A DNA stretch of 64,000 nucleotides from Torpedo marmorata (lineage: Eukaryota). A program made the translations under genes and the position numbers. The notes below the pieces were generated by a model. The model made no database searches, was not told the DNA's origin, and saw only the letters and a program-made list of their open reading frames with translations. How positions within the stretch are numbered: the first letter of the stretch is position 1; each line of letters begins with the position of its first letter. The stretch spans positions 50,964,001 through 51,028,000 of the forward strand of contig OZ360228.1 of the NCBI GenBank assembly GCA_977017645.1, given 5' to 3'. Positions 63,970 to 64,000 of the stretch are shown here, in pieces.

Positions 63970-64000
63970 AAGAATCAGGAGGGAGACCACTGGATTACTC

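Overview
Vertebrate genomic DNA, most likely from a cartilaginous fish (elasmobranch-type tRNA-derived SINEs, CR1, Rex1, L1/Tx1 and Penelope repeats); species not determinable here. The left third holds the last four exons and 3' UTR of the TALE homeobox gene MEIS2 (+ strand, 10010-~16120). These show a GC-AG donor, a tandem acceptor, a stop-containing cassette exon and a candidate second in-frame donor that overlaps an intronic poly(A) signal. A transposon-free, CpG-rich domain with a strong CTCF motif follows the gene. The last coding exon of CDIN1/C15orf41 lies convergently on the - strand (50974-51127), matching the mammalian gene order. The rest is retrotransposon and DNA-transposon debris. 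The most interesting items are a tandem pair of covarying structured-RNA units in a putative RTE-derived insert, two young L1 copies sharing a target motif (one with a twin-priming inversion), hammerhead-like motifs in Penelope copies, and an internally deleted Gypsy element with intact ends. No prokaryotic-type system is present. Exon and TSD coordinates were counted by hand; boundaries of old repeats are approximate.
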